Positions 19,948 through 28,297 of a stretch of 64,000 bases of DNA are shown here, one piece after another. Origin of the DNA: an uncultured Pelagibacteraceae bacterium (lineage in GTDB: Bacteria; Pseudomonadota; Alphaproteobacteria; Pelagibacterales; Pelagibacteraceae). Where the stretch lies: positions 66,582 to 130,581 of the forward strand of contig CACABC010000001.1 of NCBI GenBank assembly GCA_902530635.1, given 5' to 3'. Made by a program: the position numbers and the translations under genes. Numbering within the stretch: the first letter of the stretch is position 1; each line of letters starts with the position of its first letter. Under the pieces are notes generated by a model. That model was not told the origin of the DNA, ran no database searches, and worked only from the letters and a program-made list of their open reading frames with translations.

Positions 19948-20688
19948 ATGAGTAGCACAGTCATTATAATTCCATCACGGTTAGAAGCAAAAAGACTTCC
20001 CAACAAACCATTAAAAATTATCAAAGGTAATGAAATTATAAATCATGTTTATGATTTGGCAGTTAAATCAGGTGCAGGCGAAGTATTGGTTGCAACACCA
20101 GATAAGGAAATTTCGGAGTTAATAATAAAAAAAGGAGGAAAATCATTTTTATCAAAAGACAGACATGAGACAGGAACAGATCGAGTTTATGAAGCGTTCA
20201 AAGTCTACTACTCTAACAAACCAAGTATCATAATTAATTTGCAAGGTGATATGCCCAACTTAAAATCGGAGTCTATTTCTTATCTGAGTAATTATTTAAA
20301 AAAAGGCCTTTGCGATGTCGCTACCCTGGCATCCTCTTTACAAGATAAAAGTGAAATAGAAAATAATAACATAGTTAAAGTTGTTACTAAAAATAATATT
20401 CAAAACTCTGATTTCTCCGAGGCCTTAGATTTTAAAAGAATAATTGATCCGAAAGAAAGTAAATTTATTTATCATCATATTGGAATTTATGGCTTTACTA
20501 GTAAAGCTTTAATAAGGTATGTAAATTGCAAAAGAAGTAAATTAGAATTGGAAAGAAATTTAGAACAAATGAGGGCCTTAGAAAATAATATGAAAATTCA
20601 TGTTGGGTATATAAAATCTAATCCTCTTAGTATTGATACCGAGGAAGATTTTTTAGAAGTAAAAAAAGAGATGGAGTCGAATGACTAA
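19948..20688 (+). CDS. kdsB: 3-deoxy-manno-octulosonate cytidylyltransferase (CMP-KDO synthetase)
   Basis: 246 aa. IIPSRLEAKRLPNKPL and GTDR motifs. Confidence 0.85.
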   Translation: MSSTVIIIPSRLEAKRLPNKPLKIIKGNEIINHVYDLAVKSGAGEVLVATPDKEISELIIKKGGKSFLSKDRHETGTDRVYEAFKVYYSNKPSIIINLQGDMPNLKSESISYLSNYLKKGLCDVATLASSLQDKSEIENNNIVKVVTKNNIQNSDFSEALDFKRIIDPKESKFIYHHIGIYGFTSKALIRYVNCKRSKLELERNLEQMRALENNMKIHVGYIKSNPLSIDTEEDFLEVKKEMESND

Positions 20689-21526
20689 AGATAAAATAGC
20701 ATTTCAAGGAGAAGAAGGTGCTTATTCTCACTTAGCTTGTGAGCAAATTTTTCCTGGCTCTTCTATCAAACCGTGTCCAACATTTGAAGAGACTTTTAAA
20801 ACCGCTTATGAAGATGATGCATTTAAAGTAATCATTCCTATAGAGAACTCATTGGCTGGAAGAGTAGCAGATATTCATTATCTTTTAACAAAATACAAAC
20901 TACAAATTTATTCTGAACACTTTCAAAAAGTTGAACATAATCTTTTAGTAAAAAAAGGTACAAAATTAAACGATATAAAATATGTAAGAAGTCATGCGCA
21001 AGCAATTGATCAATGCCAGAAAATTATTATAAAACATAAATTTAAAACTATAATTTCAGCAGATACCGCAGGCTCTGCTAAAGAACTTTCAAAAAGTAAC
21101 GATAAATCAATTGCAGCAATAGCCTCAAAACTTTCTGCTAAAATATATGATCTGGATATTCTGGAAAAAAATATTGAGGATGACAGCGGCAATGTCACTA
21201 GGTTTTTAATTATGGGTAAAAACGTCAAACAGCCAGAATATGAAAAAAATAAAAAATATATTACCAGTTGTATATTTAGAGTAAAAAGTATTTATGCTGC
21301 ACTTTACAAATGTCTTGGGGGTTTTGCTACAAACCAAGTAAACCTTACAAAGTTAGAAAGTTTTTCAGTTAAGAATACTTTTGACCAAACAAATTTTTAT
21401 TTGGATTTAGAAGGACATATAGAGGACACAAGAGTTCAAAAAGCTCTAGAAGAGTTGGGTTTTCACACTCAAAGCTTGAATATCCTTGGAGTTTATGAAG
21501 CTTCTTCGTTTAGACAAAAAAAATAG
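20681..21526 (+). CDS. pheA: prephenate dehydratase (monofunctional, PDT + ACT)
   Basis: 281 aa. FQGEEGAYS start, ENSLAGRV and TRF motifs. Overlaps kdsB by 8 nt. Confidence 0.85.
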   Translation: MTKDKIAFQGEEGAYSHLACEQIFPGSSIKPCPTFEETFKTAYEDDAFKVIIPIENSLAGRVADIHYLLTKYKLQIYSEHFQKVEHNLLVKKGTKLNDIKYVRSHAQAIDQCQKIIIKHKFKTIISADTAGSAKELSKSNDKSIAAIASKLSAKIYDLDILEKNIEDDSGNVTRFLIMGKNVKQPEYEKNKKYITSCIFRVKSIYAALYKCLGGFATNQVNLTKLESFSVKNTFDQTNFYLDLEGHIEDTRVQKALEELGFHTQSLNILGVYEASSFRQKK

Positions 21527-21584
21527 TCCACAAATCATAGATTCGAGACTTGTAGAATTCAATTTGATATTGATATAATAATTT

Positions 21585-21673
21585 GGAGGCCATTCAGGCG
21601 GTTTCGATATGTTTAATGTGTCAGGGTGTAACAACAGCAGCACGGACTTTTGAAAGCGGGTTGTTTGGTCTCC
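21585..21673 (+). ncRNA. ffs: small (4.5S-type) signal recognition particle RNA
   Basis: Terminal helix GGAGGCCA/UGGUCUCC. Core UGUUUA-N5-UCAGG-N10-AGCAGC has the same spacing as E. coli 4.5S (UGUUUACCAGGUCAGGUCCGGAAGGAAGCAGC). Conserved ffs-dnaX-ybaB-recR synteny. Exact ends uncertain. Confidence 0.65.
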
Positions 21674-21679
21674 TGAACA

Positions 21680-23362
21680 ATGACAGAAAATAAATCAAAA
21701 ATTTTAGCATTAAAATATAGACCAAAAATATTTAAGGAATTAATTGGACAAGAAATTATTGCTGAAACAATTTCTAATGCCATAAAAATAAACAAAACAC
21801 CAAACGCATATCTTCTAACTGGAATTAGAGGTGTGGGTAAAACAACAACAGCACGATTGATTGCCAAAGCATTAAACTGTTCTAAAAATATTGGAAAAGG
21901 TGAAATGTGTAATGACAAAGATGTTTGTAATCATTGTGAAGAGATTGATGGCTCAAACCATATTGATGTTTTAGAAATGGATGCTGCATCCAAAACAGGT
22001 ATAGACGATGTTAGAGAATTAATTGAAAATTCAAAATATAATCCAACAAGTGCAAAATATAAAATATTTATTATTGATGAAGTACATATGCTTTCCAAAC
22101 AGGCTTTTAACGGTTTACTAAAAACTTTAGAGGAACCTCCTGAAAAACTTAAATTTATCTTAGCAACTACTGAAGCAAGAAAAATTCCTGTAACTGTTTT
22201 ATCTAGATGTCAGAGATTTGATCTAAAAAGAGTAAGTTTAGAAGTTATTTCTTCACATCTTAAAAAAATATCACAAATTGAAAAAGGCAAAATATCAGAT
22301 GAGTCTTTAAATTTATTAGCAAGAGCCTCGGAAGGATCAGTAAGAGATGCCATCTCTTTACTCGATAGAACTTTGATTTTGCAAAGCTTGAACCCAGAAA
22401 AGGTTATAGAGCCAAGTGAAGTTAGAAAAATACTTGGCTTAGTTGATAAATCAAAATTAATAAATTTATTAAAATATGTACTTTTAGGTGATGAAAAAAA
22501 TGCATTGAGTGCTTTTAAAGAAATCTTTGATCAAGGTTTAGACGCAAAAATGTTTTTAAATGATATTTTAGAAATTTTATATCTATTTAGTAGAAGAATT
22601 AATTTAGGATCAATTGAAAAAGACCTTTTTATTTCAGAAGGTGAATTAAAACTCATAGATGAAAACAGCAAAAATGTAACTACCCAAGATCTCGCTTTAT
22701 TTTGGCAGCTAACTATAAAAACAATAGAAGATTTAAAAACAGTTTCTAGTGAAAAGATAGCATTAGAGATGTATCTAATACAGCTAATGCACGTAAAAAA
22801 TATCGAAGGGCAAGAAGACGTTAAAAATTTTCAATCAACCTCTGAAAATGAAACAGTAGTGACAAAAAAAAAAATTGATATAGGAGGAAATGACTCAAAT
22901 TTAATAAATTCTACAAAAGACCAATTAAAAAGCGTTGATCAAATCAAAGTTTTTAAAGATAGCACACTAGAATCAACAGCTGAAAATGAAAAGCAAATAA
23001 AAGTCGGATCTTTTTCTGATTTAGTTTCTTTAGCAAACCAGGATAAAGATATGGAATTAAAATATGATCTTGAAAAAAATGTTAAGTTAGTGAGATTTGA
23101 GCAAGGAAAAATAGATATAAATTTCAATGAAAATTTAAATAAAAACTTTATTAAAAAGTTATCTCAGAGTTTATTCAAATGGACAAAAAAAAGATGGATT
23201 ATATCTTTAAGCAAAGAAGAAGGAGCAAAAACATTACACGAACAAAAAATTGAAAGAAAAAAAAATATTCTAGAAAGTGAAAAAAATAATTCAGTTTACA
23301 AAAAAATTATAAATACGTTCCCAGATGCAGATTTGGTAGATGTGAAGGAGGAAAATGACTGA
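21680..23362 (+). CDS. dnaX: DNA polymerase III subunit gamma/tau
   Basis: 560 aa. KYRPKIF..LIGQE, GIRGVGKTT and DEVHML motifs, plus a Zn module with Cys residues. Confidence 0.95.
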   Translation: MTENKSKILALKYRPKIFKELIGQEIIAETISNAIKINKTPNAYLLTGIRGVGKTTTARLIAKALNCSKNIGKGEMCNDKDVCNHCEEIDGSNHIDVLEMDAASKTGIDDVRELIENSKYNPTSAKYKIFIIDEVHMLSKQAFNGLLKTLEEPPEKLKFILATTEARKIPVTVLSRCQRFDLKRVSLEVISSHLKKISQIEKGKISDESLNLLARASEGSVRDAISLLDRTLILQSLNPEKVIEPSEVRKILGLVDKSKLINLLKYVLLGDEKNALSAFKEIFDQGLDAKMFLNDILEILYLFSRRINLGSIEKDLFISEGELKLIDENSKNVTTQDLALFWQLTIKTIEDLKTVSSEKIALEMYLIQLMHVKNIEGQEDVKNFQSTSENETVVTKKKIDIGGNDSNLINSTKDQLKSVDQIKVFKDSTLESTAENEKQIKVGSFSDLVSLANQDKDMELKYDLEKNVKLVRFEQGKIDINFNENLNKNFIKKLSQSLFKWTKKRWIISLSKEEGAKTLHEQKIERKKNILESEKNNSVYKKIINTFPDADLVDVKEEND

Positions 23363-23675
23363 TTTTACTGACATGCTGTCTAAGGCAAAAAAAATGCAGG
23401 AAAGAATGAAAGAAGTTCAAAAGACATTAGAAAACATAGAGGTGGAAGGTACAGCAGGAGGTGATTTGGTAAAAGTTGTTCTCAGAGGGGATTACGAAAT
23501 GAAATCAATTTTAGTTACAGAAAAAGCAAAAAATGAAAAAAGAGAAATTATAAATGATTTAATAATTGCAGCTCATAACGATGCAAAAGAAAAACTTAAG
23601 AAAAAAACTTCTGAGGAGCTTTTGAAAGTTAGTGGTGCTTCTAACTTGCCTTTTGATTTTAAATTACCTTTTTAG
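23355..23675 (+). CDS. ybaB: YbaB/EbfC family nucleoid-associated protein
   Basis: 106 aa. Synteny dnaX-ybaB-recR. Motif MLSKAKKMQERMKEVQ. Confidence 0.85.
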   Translation: MTDFTDMLSKAKKMQERMKEVQKTLENIEVEGTAGGDLVKVVLRGDYEMKSILVTEKAKNEKREIINDLIIAAHNDAKEKLKKKTSEELLKVSGASNLPFDFKLPF

Positions 23676-24284
23676 ATGGACAATAATATTCCAGATATCG
23701 AACAATTAATAAAACAATTTTCTAAATTGCCTGGACTTGGTCCGAAGTCTGCAAAAAGAATTATTCTAAAGCTTATTAATAATAAAGAAAATATGATTAA
23801 GCCATTAGCAAAACTGTTGGCAAATGTTTACAAAAATGTTGTCCGTTGTACTGACTGCGGAAATCTAAAAGTAGTAAACCAGCAATGTACATGTGAATTA
23901 AATAGCAATACATACGATAAGATATGTGTGGTTGAAAATCTGGCTGACATGTGGGTAATTGAATCTGCAAATATTTTTAAAGGCCATTTCCATATTTTAG
24001 GTGGCACACTTAATTCTGACGAAAAGTATGAACAAAAGAATTTACTAATAAATTCACTTGTAAAAAGAATTAAAAAAAATAATTTAAAAGAGGTTATCAT
24101 AGCTACCAGTGCTACAGTTGAAGGACAGACTACCGCACACTACATTGAGGATGTTATCAAAAATGATAAAATTAAAATATCTAAACTAGGACAAGGTTTG
24201 CCAGTGGGTGGAGAAATTGAACAATTAGATGACGGAACTTTAGTATCTGCCTTTAAAAATAGAGTTCCAGTTTCTACTGACTAG
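23676..24284 (+). CDS. recR: recombination protein RecR
   Basis: 202 aa. LPGLGPKSA HhH motif, Cys4 zinc finger, Toprim region. Confidence 0.9.
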   Translation: MDNNIPDIEQLIKQFSKLPGLGPKSAKRIILKLINNKENMIKPLAKLLANVYKNVVRCTDCGNLKVVNQQCTCELNSNTYDKICVVENLADMWVIESANIFKGHFHILGGTLNSDEKYEQKNLLINSLVKRIKKNNLKEVIIATSATVEGQTTAHYIEDVIKNDKIKISKLGQGLPVGGEIEQLDDGTLVSAFKNRVPVSTD

Positions 24285-26418
24285 ATTTTTTTTCAAGCCT
24301 TCTTTGATGCAGCAAAGGCTCAGTGTAGCCTGAAGGCTGTTCTCTTCCTTTAAAAACCAAATCGCATGCTGCCGCAAATGCTATAGATTTTTCAAAGTTC
24401 GGAGACATAGGTTGATAGTTTTTATCTTTTGAATTTTGTTTATCTACAATTTCTGCCATTTTCTTTAAGACTTTCATAACTTGATCCTTTGTACATATAT
24501 TATGATGTAACCAATTAGCCATATGTTGTGAGGATATTCTTAAAGTTGCTCTGTCTTCCATCAACCCGACATTTTTTATATCAAGAACCTTTGAGCAACC
24601 AACTCCCTGGTCAATCCACCTGACGACATAACCCAAAATTCCTTGAGCATTATTTTCTAACTCTTTATTAATATCTTCAACTGACCAGTTAGGCCTATCA
24701 GCTTTTGGAATTTCTAAAATATTTTCAAGTTTAGCTTTCTCTCTTGATTCTATTTCTGACTGTTTTTTAAAAACATCAATTTTGTGATAATGAGTTGAGT
24801 GAAGAGTTGCTGCTGTTGGTGAGGGGACCCAGGCACAATTAGCACCAGACTTTGGATGCCCGATTTTTTGTTTCATCATGTCACCCATTTTGTCAGGCAT
24901 TGCCCACATTCCTTTTCCTATTTGAGCTTTACCAGAAAAACCACAAGCTAAACCTGTATCTACATTCCAATTCTCATAAGTATTAAGCCAGGTTGATTTT
25001 TTCATTTCTCCCTTAAAAATCATTGGACCAGCTTCGAAAGAGGTGTGCATCTCATCTCCGGTTCTATCTAGAAAACCTGTATTAATAAAAACCACTCTAT
25101 TTTTTACTTTTCTAATACATTCTTTAAGATTTACTGTTGTACGTCTTTCTTCATCCATGATCCCAACTTTTATAGAATATTTTTTTAAACCTAAAACTTT
25201 TTCAACTGTTTCAAAAATATCGTTAGTAAAACTAACTTCATCTGGACCATGCATTTTAGGTTTAACAATATACATTGATCCTGTTCTAGAATTTTTTTTG
25301 TTTTTAAAATCGTGGATGGCACAAAGAGTAGATATAAATGCATCCATTATACCCTCTGGAATTTCAGAGCCATCTTTTAAAGTTATTGACGGATTAGTCA
25401 TTAGGTGACCTACATTTCGATTAAGCAACAAAGCTCTTCCATGCAAAACAACTTTAGACCCATCTAGGCCAGTGTAAATTCTATCAGAACTCAATTTTCT
25501 AACAAATTTTTTTCCATTTTTTTTAACTTCTGCTTCTAAATTTCCCTTCATTAAGCCAAGCCAATTTCTATAACATTTAACTTTATCCTTAGAGTCTACT
25601 GCTGCAACAGAGTCTTCGTTATCTACAATTGTAGAAATCGCAGACTCTACTATCACATTAGAAATATTTGCTTTATCACTTTTTCCTGCAGAACTATTAG
25701 GATCAATTATAATATCAATATGTAGATTATTATTTTTCAATAAAACTGATGTTGGATTTTGTTTTTCACCTACAAAACCTACAAAATGTTTTTTATTTTT
25801 AAGACTTTCATTTTTATCTTTAATTAAAAACTTTAATTCACTTCCGCTAATTATAATTTTTGTAACTTCTTTCCAACTTCCTTCGTTTATTGGAAAAATT
25901 TCATCTAAAAATTCTCTTACATAATTTATAACTTTTTTCCCTCGTTCTTCGCTATAAACTTTGCCAATTTCTCCAGGTATAACATCAGTTCCATAAACTG
26001 CATCGTACAAACTTCCCCAGCGTGCATTAGCAGCATTCAAAGCATATCTTGCATTATCTACTGGAACAACTAATTGGGGACCAGCAATTGACGAAATTTC
26101 TTTGTCGACGTTGGTTGTTTCTATTTTAAAGTCACCCTGATCTTCAGCAATATATCCAATGGATTTTAAAAAGTTAAAATACTCATCTTTGTTAAAATTA
26201 GATCCTTTTTTTTGTAAGTGCCATTCATCAATTTTTTTTTGTATATCGTCCCTTTTTTTTAATAATTTTTTATTAATAGGAGTTAAGTTATGAACAGCAT
26301 CGTCAAAGCCCTTCCAAAATTTATTTATATCCAAATCTGTACCTGGAATAGCCTCATCATTTATGAACTTAAGCAATTCTTCACTTATCTGTAAATTATT
26401 AACACTTACTTTTTTCAT
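24274..26418 (-). CDS. glcB: malate synthase G
   Basis: 714 aa, the length and motifs of the G isoform ([24 protein letters not shown]). Confidence 0.9.
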   Translation of the reverse strand: MKKVSVNNLQISEELLKFINDEAIPGTDLDINKFWKGFDDAVHNLTPINKKLLKKRDDIQKKIDEWHLQKKGSNFNKDEYFNFLKSIGYIAEDQGDFKIETTNVDKEISSIAGPQLVVPVDNARYALNAANARWGSLYDAVYGTDVIPGEIGKVYSEERGKKVINYVREFLDEIFPINEGSWKEVTKIIISGSELKFLIKDKNESLKNKKHFVGFVGEKQNPTSVLLKNNNLHIDIIIDPNSSAGKSDKANISNVIVESAISTIVDNEDSVAAVDSKDKVKCYRNWLGLMKGNLEAEVKKNGKKFVRKLSSDRIYTGLDGSKVVLHGRALLLNRNVGHLMTNPSITLKDGSEIPEGIMDAFISTLCAIHDFKNKKNSRTGSMYIVKPKMHGPDEVSFTNDIFETVEKVLGLKKYSIKVGIMDEERRTTVNLKECIRKVKNRVVFINTGFLDRTGDEMHTSFEAGPMIFKGEMKKSTWLNTYENWNVDTGLACGFSGKAQIGKGMWAMPDKMGDMMKQKIGHPKSGANCAWVPSPTAATLHSTHYHKIDVFKKQSEIESREKAKLENILEIPKADRPNWSVEDINKELENNAQGILGYVVRWIDQGVGCSKVLDIKNVGLMEDRATLRISSQHMANWLHHNICTKDQVMKVLKKMAEIVDKQNSKDKNYQPMSPNFEKSIAFAAACDLVFKGREQPSGYTEPLLHQRRLEKKSSQ

Positions 26419-26517
26419 TTGAGGGATAATACATCAAATATTAAGTATTTTAACAACACTTTATTGACACATTTGAATTTTAATTAAATTAATAATATTA
26501 TTTTTGCTTAAGATTTT

Positions 26518-27627
26518 ATGAGAAATTATCTAGATTTTGAAAAAGAAATAAAAACATTAGAACAAGACCTTGATGGGCTGAAAAATCCATTTGATAAAGA
26601 TGGAATTTCTGAAGTTGATACGGTAAAAATTAAAAAAGTTCAAAATGAAATAAACGACAAATTAAATCTCACATATTCTAATCTAAATAGTTGGCAAAAA
26701 ACACAAGTAGCTAGACACGAGGATAGACCAAGAGCAAATTTTTACATTAATAAAATTTTTTCTGACTTTACTCTACTATCAGGAGATAGACTATTTGGTG
26801 ATGACAAATCTATAATTGCAGGTTTTGCGGTGATAGAAGGAAAATCTGTTTTAGTTCTAGGTCAAGAAAAAGGTGAGGACCTAAATTCACGGTTAGAAAG
26901 AAATTTTGGAATGATGAAACCGGAAGGTTATAGAAAATGTATACGTCTTATGAAACTTGCCGACCGTTTTAAAATTCCAGTAATTTCTTTTATAGATACA
27001 CCCGGGGCTTATCCAGGAATAGGTGCTGAACAAAGAGGACAGGCAATTGCAATTGCAAACTCTATAGAGTGTTGCATGTCTTTGAAGGTTCCTAATATAT
27101 CTATTATAATTGGAGAAGGTGGATCTGGAGGAGCAATAGCATTAGCTTCATCAAACAAAGTAATTATGTTGGAGCACTCAATATATTCAGTCATATCACC
27201 CGAAGGATGTGCATCTATTCTTTGGAGAGACCCTAGTAAATCATTGGAGGCTGCAGAGGCTATGAAATTAACAGCAAGTGAATTATTAAAAATAGGTATT
27301 ATAGATGAAGTAATTAATGAGCCGCTTGGTGGCGCGCACAGAGATGGTGAAAAAATAGCTTCTGAAATTAAAAAATCTATTATTAAAAATTTACAAGATT
27401 TTGAAAATTTATCAGGAGACGAAATATTTGAACAGAGAAAACTTAAATTCCTAAAAATAGGAAGAGACCAAGGTTTTAGGAAAGCATCTGGAAAAACAAC
27501 TTCGAGCTTGGGTTACACTGAACCTAGCTTTAATAAGATTGTTAGGCTTTATGTAAACAAAAAAAACATTTTTTTAGTATCTATGGGTGCCCTAATATTA
27601 GCCGGTATTATCTATATATTAGTGTAA
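26518..27627 (+). CDS. accA: acetyl-CoA carboxylase carboxyltransferase subunit alpha with C-terminal TM extension
   Basis: 369 aa. FIDTPGAYPG and GEGGSGGA motifs. About 50 extra C-terminal residues end in the hydrophobic helix IFLVSMGALILAGIIYILV. Confidence 0.9.
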   Translation: MRNYLDFEKEIKTLEQDLDGLKNPFDKDGISEVDTVKIKKVQNEINDKLNLTYSNLNSWQKTQVARHEDRPRANFYINKIFSDFTLLSGDRLFGDDKSIIAGFAVIEGKSVLVLGQEKGEDLNSRLERNFGMMKPEGYRKCIRLMKLADRFKIPVISFIDTPGAYPGIGAEQRGQAIAIANSIECCMSLKVPNISIIIGEGGSGGAIALASSNKVIMLEHSIYSVISPEGCASILWRDPSKSLEAAEAMKLTASELLKIGIIDEVINEPLGGAHRDGEKIASEIKKSIIKNLQDFENLSGDEIFEQRKLKFLKIGRDQGFRKASGKTTSSLGYTEPSFNKIVRLYVNKKNIFLVSMGALILAGIIYILV

Positions 27628-27770
27628 CAAATAGGTAGTTTTTTCAAATTTTTTTATAGAAACTTGATCATTCACTTGACATTTAATCTCTAAACGGTTT
27701 AAAGAGCCATATTAGTAAATTTGAACTATTTCAATTTACTGATTTAAAGTTAATAAATAAGGAAGAACAA

Positions 27771-27980
27771 ATGAGTCTAAAAGGAAAAGTAAAGTGGTTC
27801 AATGGAACTAAAGGTTATGGTTTTATTGAAAGAGAAGATAAGGAAAAGGACGTTTTCGTTCATTCTTCAGCAGTAAGAGCAGCTGGTTTAAAATATTTAA
27901 ACGAAGGTGATGAGCTTACTTTTGAAGTAGAGAACGGTGAAAAAGGACCTGCCGCGGTAAATCTACAGAAAACATCTTAA
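27771..27980 (+). CDS. cold-shock protein (CspA family)
   Basis: 69 aa. [12 protein letters not shown] (RNP1) and VFVHSS (RNP2). AAGGAAG ribosome-binding site upstream. Confidence 0.9.
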   Translation: MSLKGKVKWFNGTKGYGFIEREDKEKDVFVHSSAVRAAGLKYLNEGDELTFEVENGEKGPAAVNLQKTS

Positions 27981-28004
27981 ATCTTATTACCAGCAAACAA
28001 ATAA

Positions 28005-28040
28005 TTGGGACAAAGACTAAGATTTAGATTTTTGTCCCAA
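28005..28040 (+). terminator. hairpin downstream of csp
   Basis: TTGGGACAAA-N16-TTTGTCCCAA, a perfect 10-bp inverted repeat 25 nt after the stop. No strong U-tract. Confidence 0.45.
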
Positions 28041-28086
28041 TAATCTAGGGTTGCTATTAATTTTTAATTTGTTAAAAGAACTACAA

Positions 28087-28161
28087 ATGTTTATTAAAAT
28101 TAACATTGTTAAGTCACACTCACACTCTCATAGAGTGCACGCTAGGCTATTGCTTAGCTAA
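28087..28161 (+). promoter_or_regulatory. candidate His-rich leader peptide ORF (MFIKINIVKSHSHSHRVHARLLLS) with overlapping hairpins
   Basis: Hand-translated ATG..TAA ORF. It has 4 His codons (CAC, CAC, CAT, CAC) within 9 codons. Hairpins CACTCT-cat-AGAGTG (28123-28137) and GCTAGG-ctattg-CTTAGC (28141-28158). Located 56 nt upstream of tRNA-His/hisS/hisZ/hisG. Confidence 0.3.
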
Positions 28162-28216
28162 ATCACTACATATTTAAAATACAAATTTATAAACAATTAA
28201 TATAAAAAGGAGTTAT

Positions 28217-28293
28217 GCAGCAGTAGCTCAGTTGGTTAGAGCACTAGTTTGTGGAACTAGGGGTCGGTGGTTCGAATCCACCCTGCTGTACCA
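28217..28293 (+). tRNA. tRNA-His (anticodon GUG), CCA encoded
   Basis: Cloverleaf read by hand: acceptor GCAGCAG/CUGCUGU, D arm GCUC-AGUUGGUUA-GAGC, anticodon arm CUAGU-UUGUGGA-ACUAG, T arm GGUGG-UUCGAAU-CCACC, then A73-CCA. Confidence 0.95.
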
Positions 28294-28297
28294 AAAA

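Noticed and set aside
21446-21918. Minus-strand ORFs 21446..21643 and 21613..21918 covering the pheA-dnaX spacer.
   Set aside because: They run antisense to the SRP RNA and to the conserved N-terminus of DnaX. They have no coding-like features.
25043-25408. A 121-aa plus-strand ORF inside glcB, and similar embedded antisense ORFs. These are at 212..397, 1273..1479, 2281..2463, 5233..5475, 6502..6747, 8718..8930, 11455..11679, 14579..14809, 14849..15037, 15962..16201, 17316..17498, 17734..18024, 21010..21228, 22939..23127, 23828..24100, 27009..27194, 29200..29385, 31422..31691, 32664..32867, 33222..33404, 33432..33689, 36742..36942, 37487..37783, 38331..38534, 38811..39005, 47151..47354, 47729..47944, 52230..52427, 54750..54935, 55136..55318 and 56806..57045.
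   Set aside because: All lie wholly or almost wholly antisense to, or out of frame within, strongly supported conserved genes. Their sequences are low-complexity and non-protein-like.
26419-26517. I looked for the glycine riboswitch reported upstream of malate synthase (glcB) in cultured Pelagibacter.
   Set aside because: The glcB-accA divergent spacer is only 99 nt and almost pure A/T. I see no GGAGAG or CACCG-type aptamer core on the minus strand, nor in the first ~180 nt antisense to accA. A covariance-model scan would be needed to exclude a degenerate aptamer.
28209-28226. AAGGAG followed by the mini-ORF ATG CAG CAG TAG at the 5' edge of tRNA-His.
   Set aside because: The Shine-Dalgarno-to-ATG spacing is only 2 nt, and the ORF is the tRNA acceptor stem. 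Most likely coincidental.
28232-28297. N-terminal 22 codons of the ORF-track hisS ORF (MVRALVCGTRGRWFESTLLYQK), and the antisense 87-aa ORF at 28228..28491.
   Set aside because: These codons are the tRNA-His gene read as protein from a TTG. The real hisS start is the ATG at 28298. The antisense ORF is an artefact of the same region.
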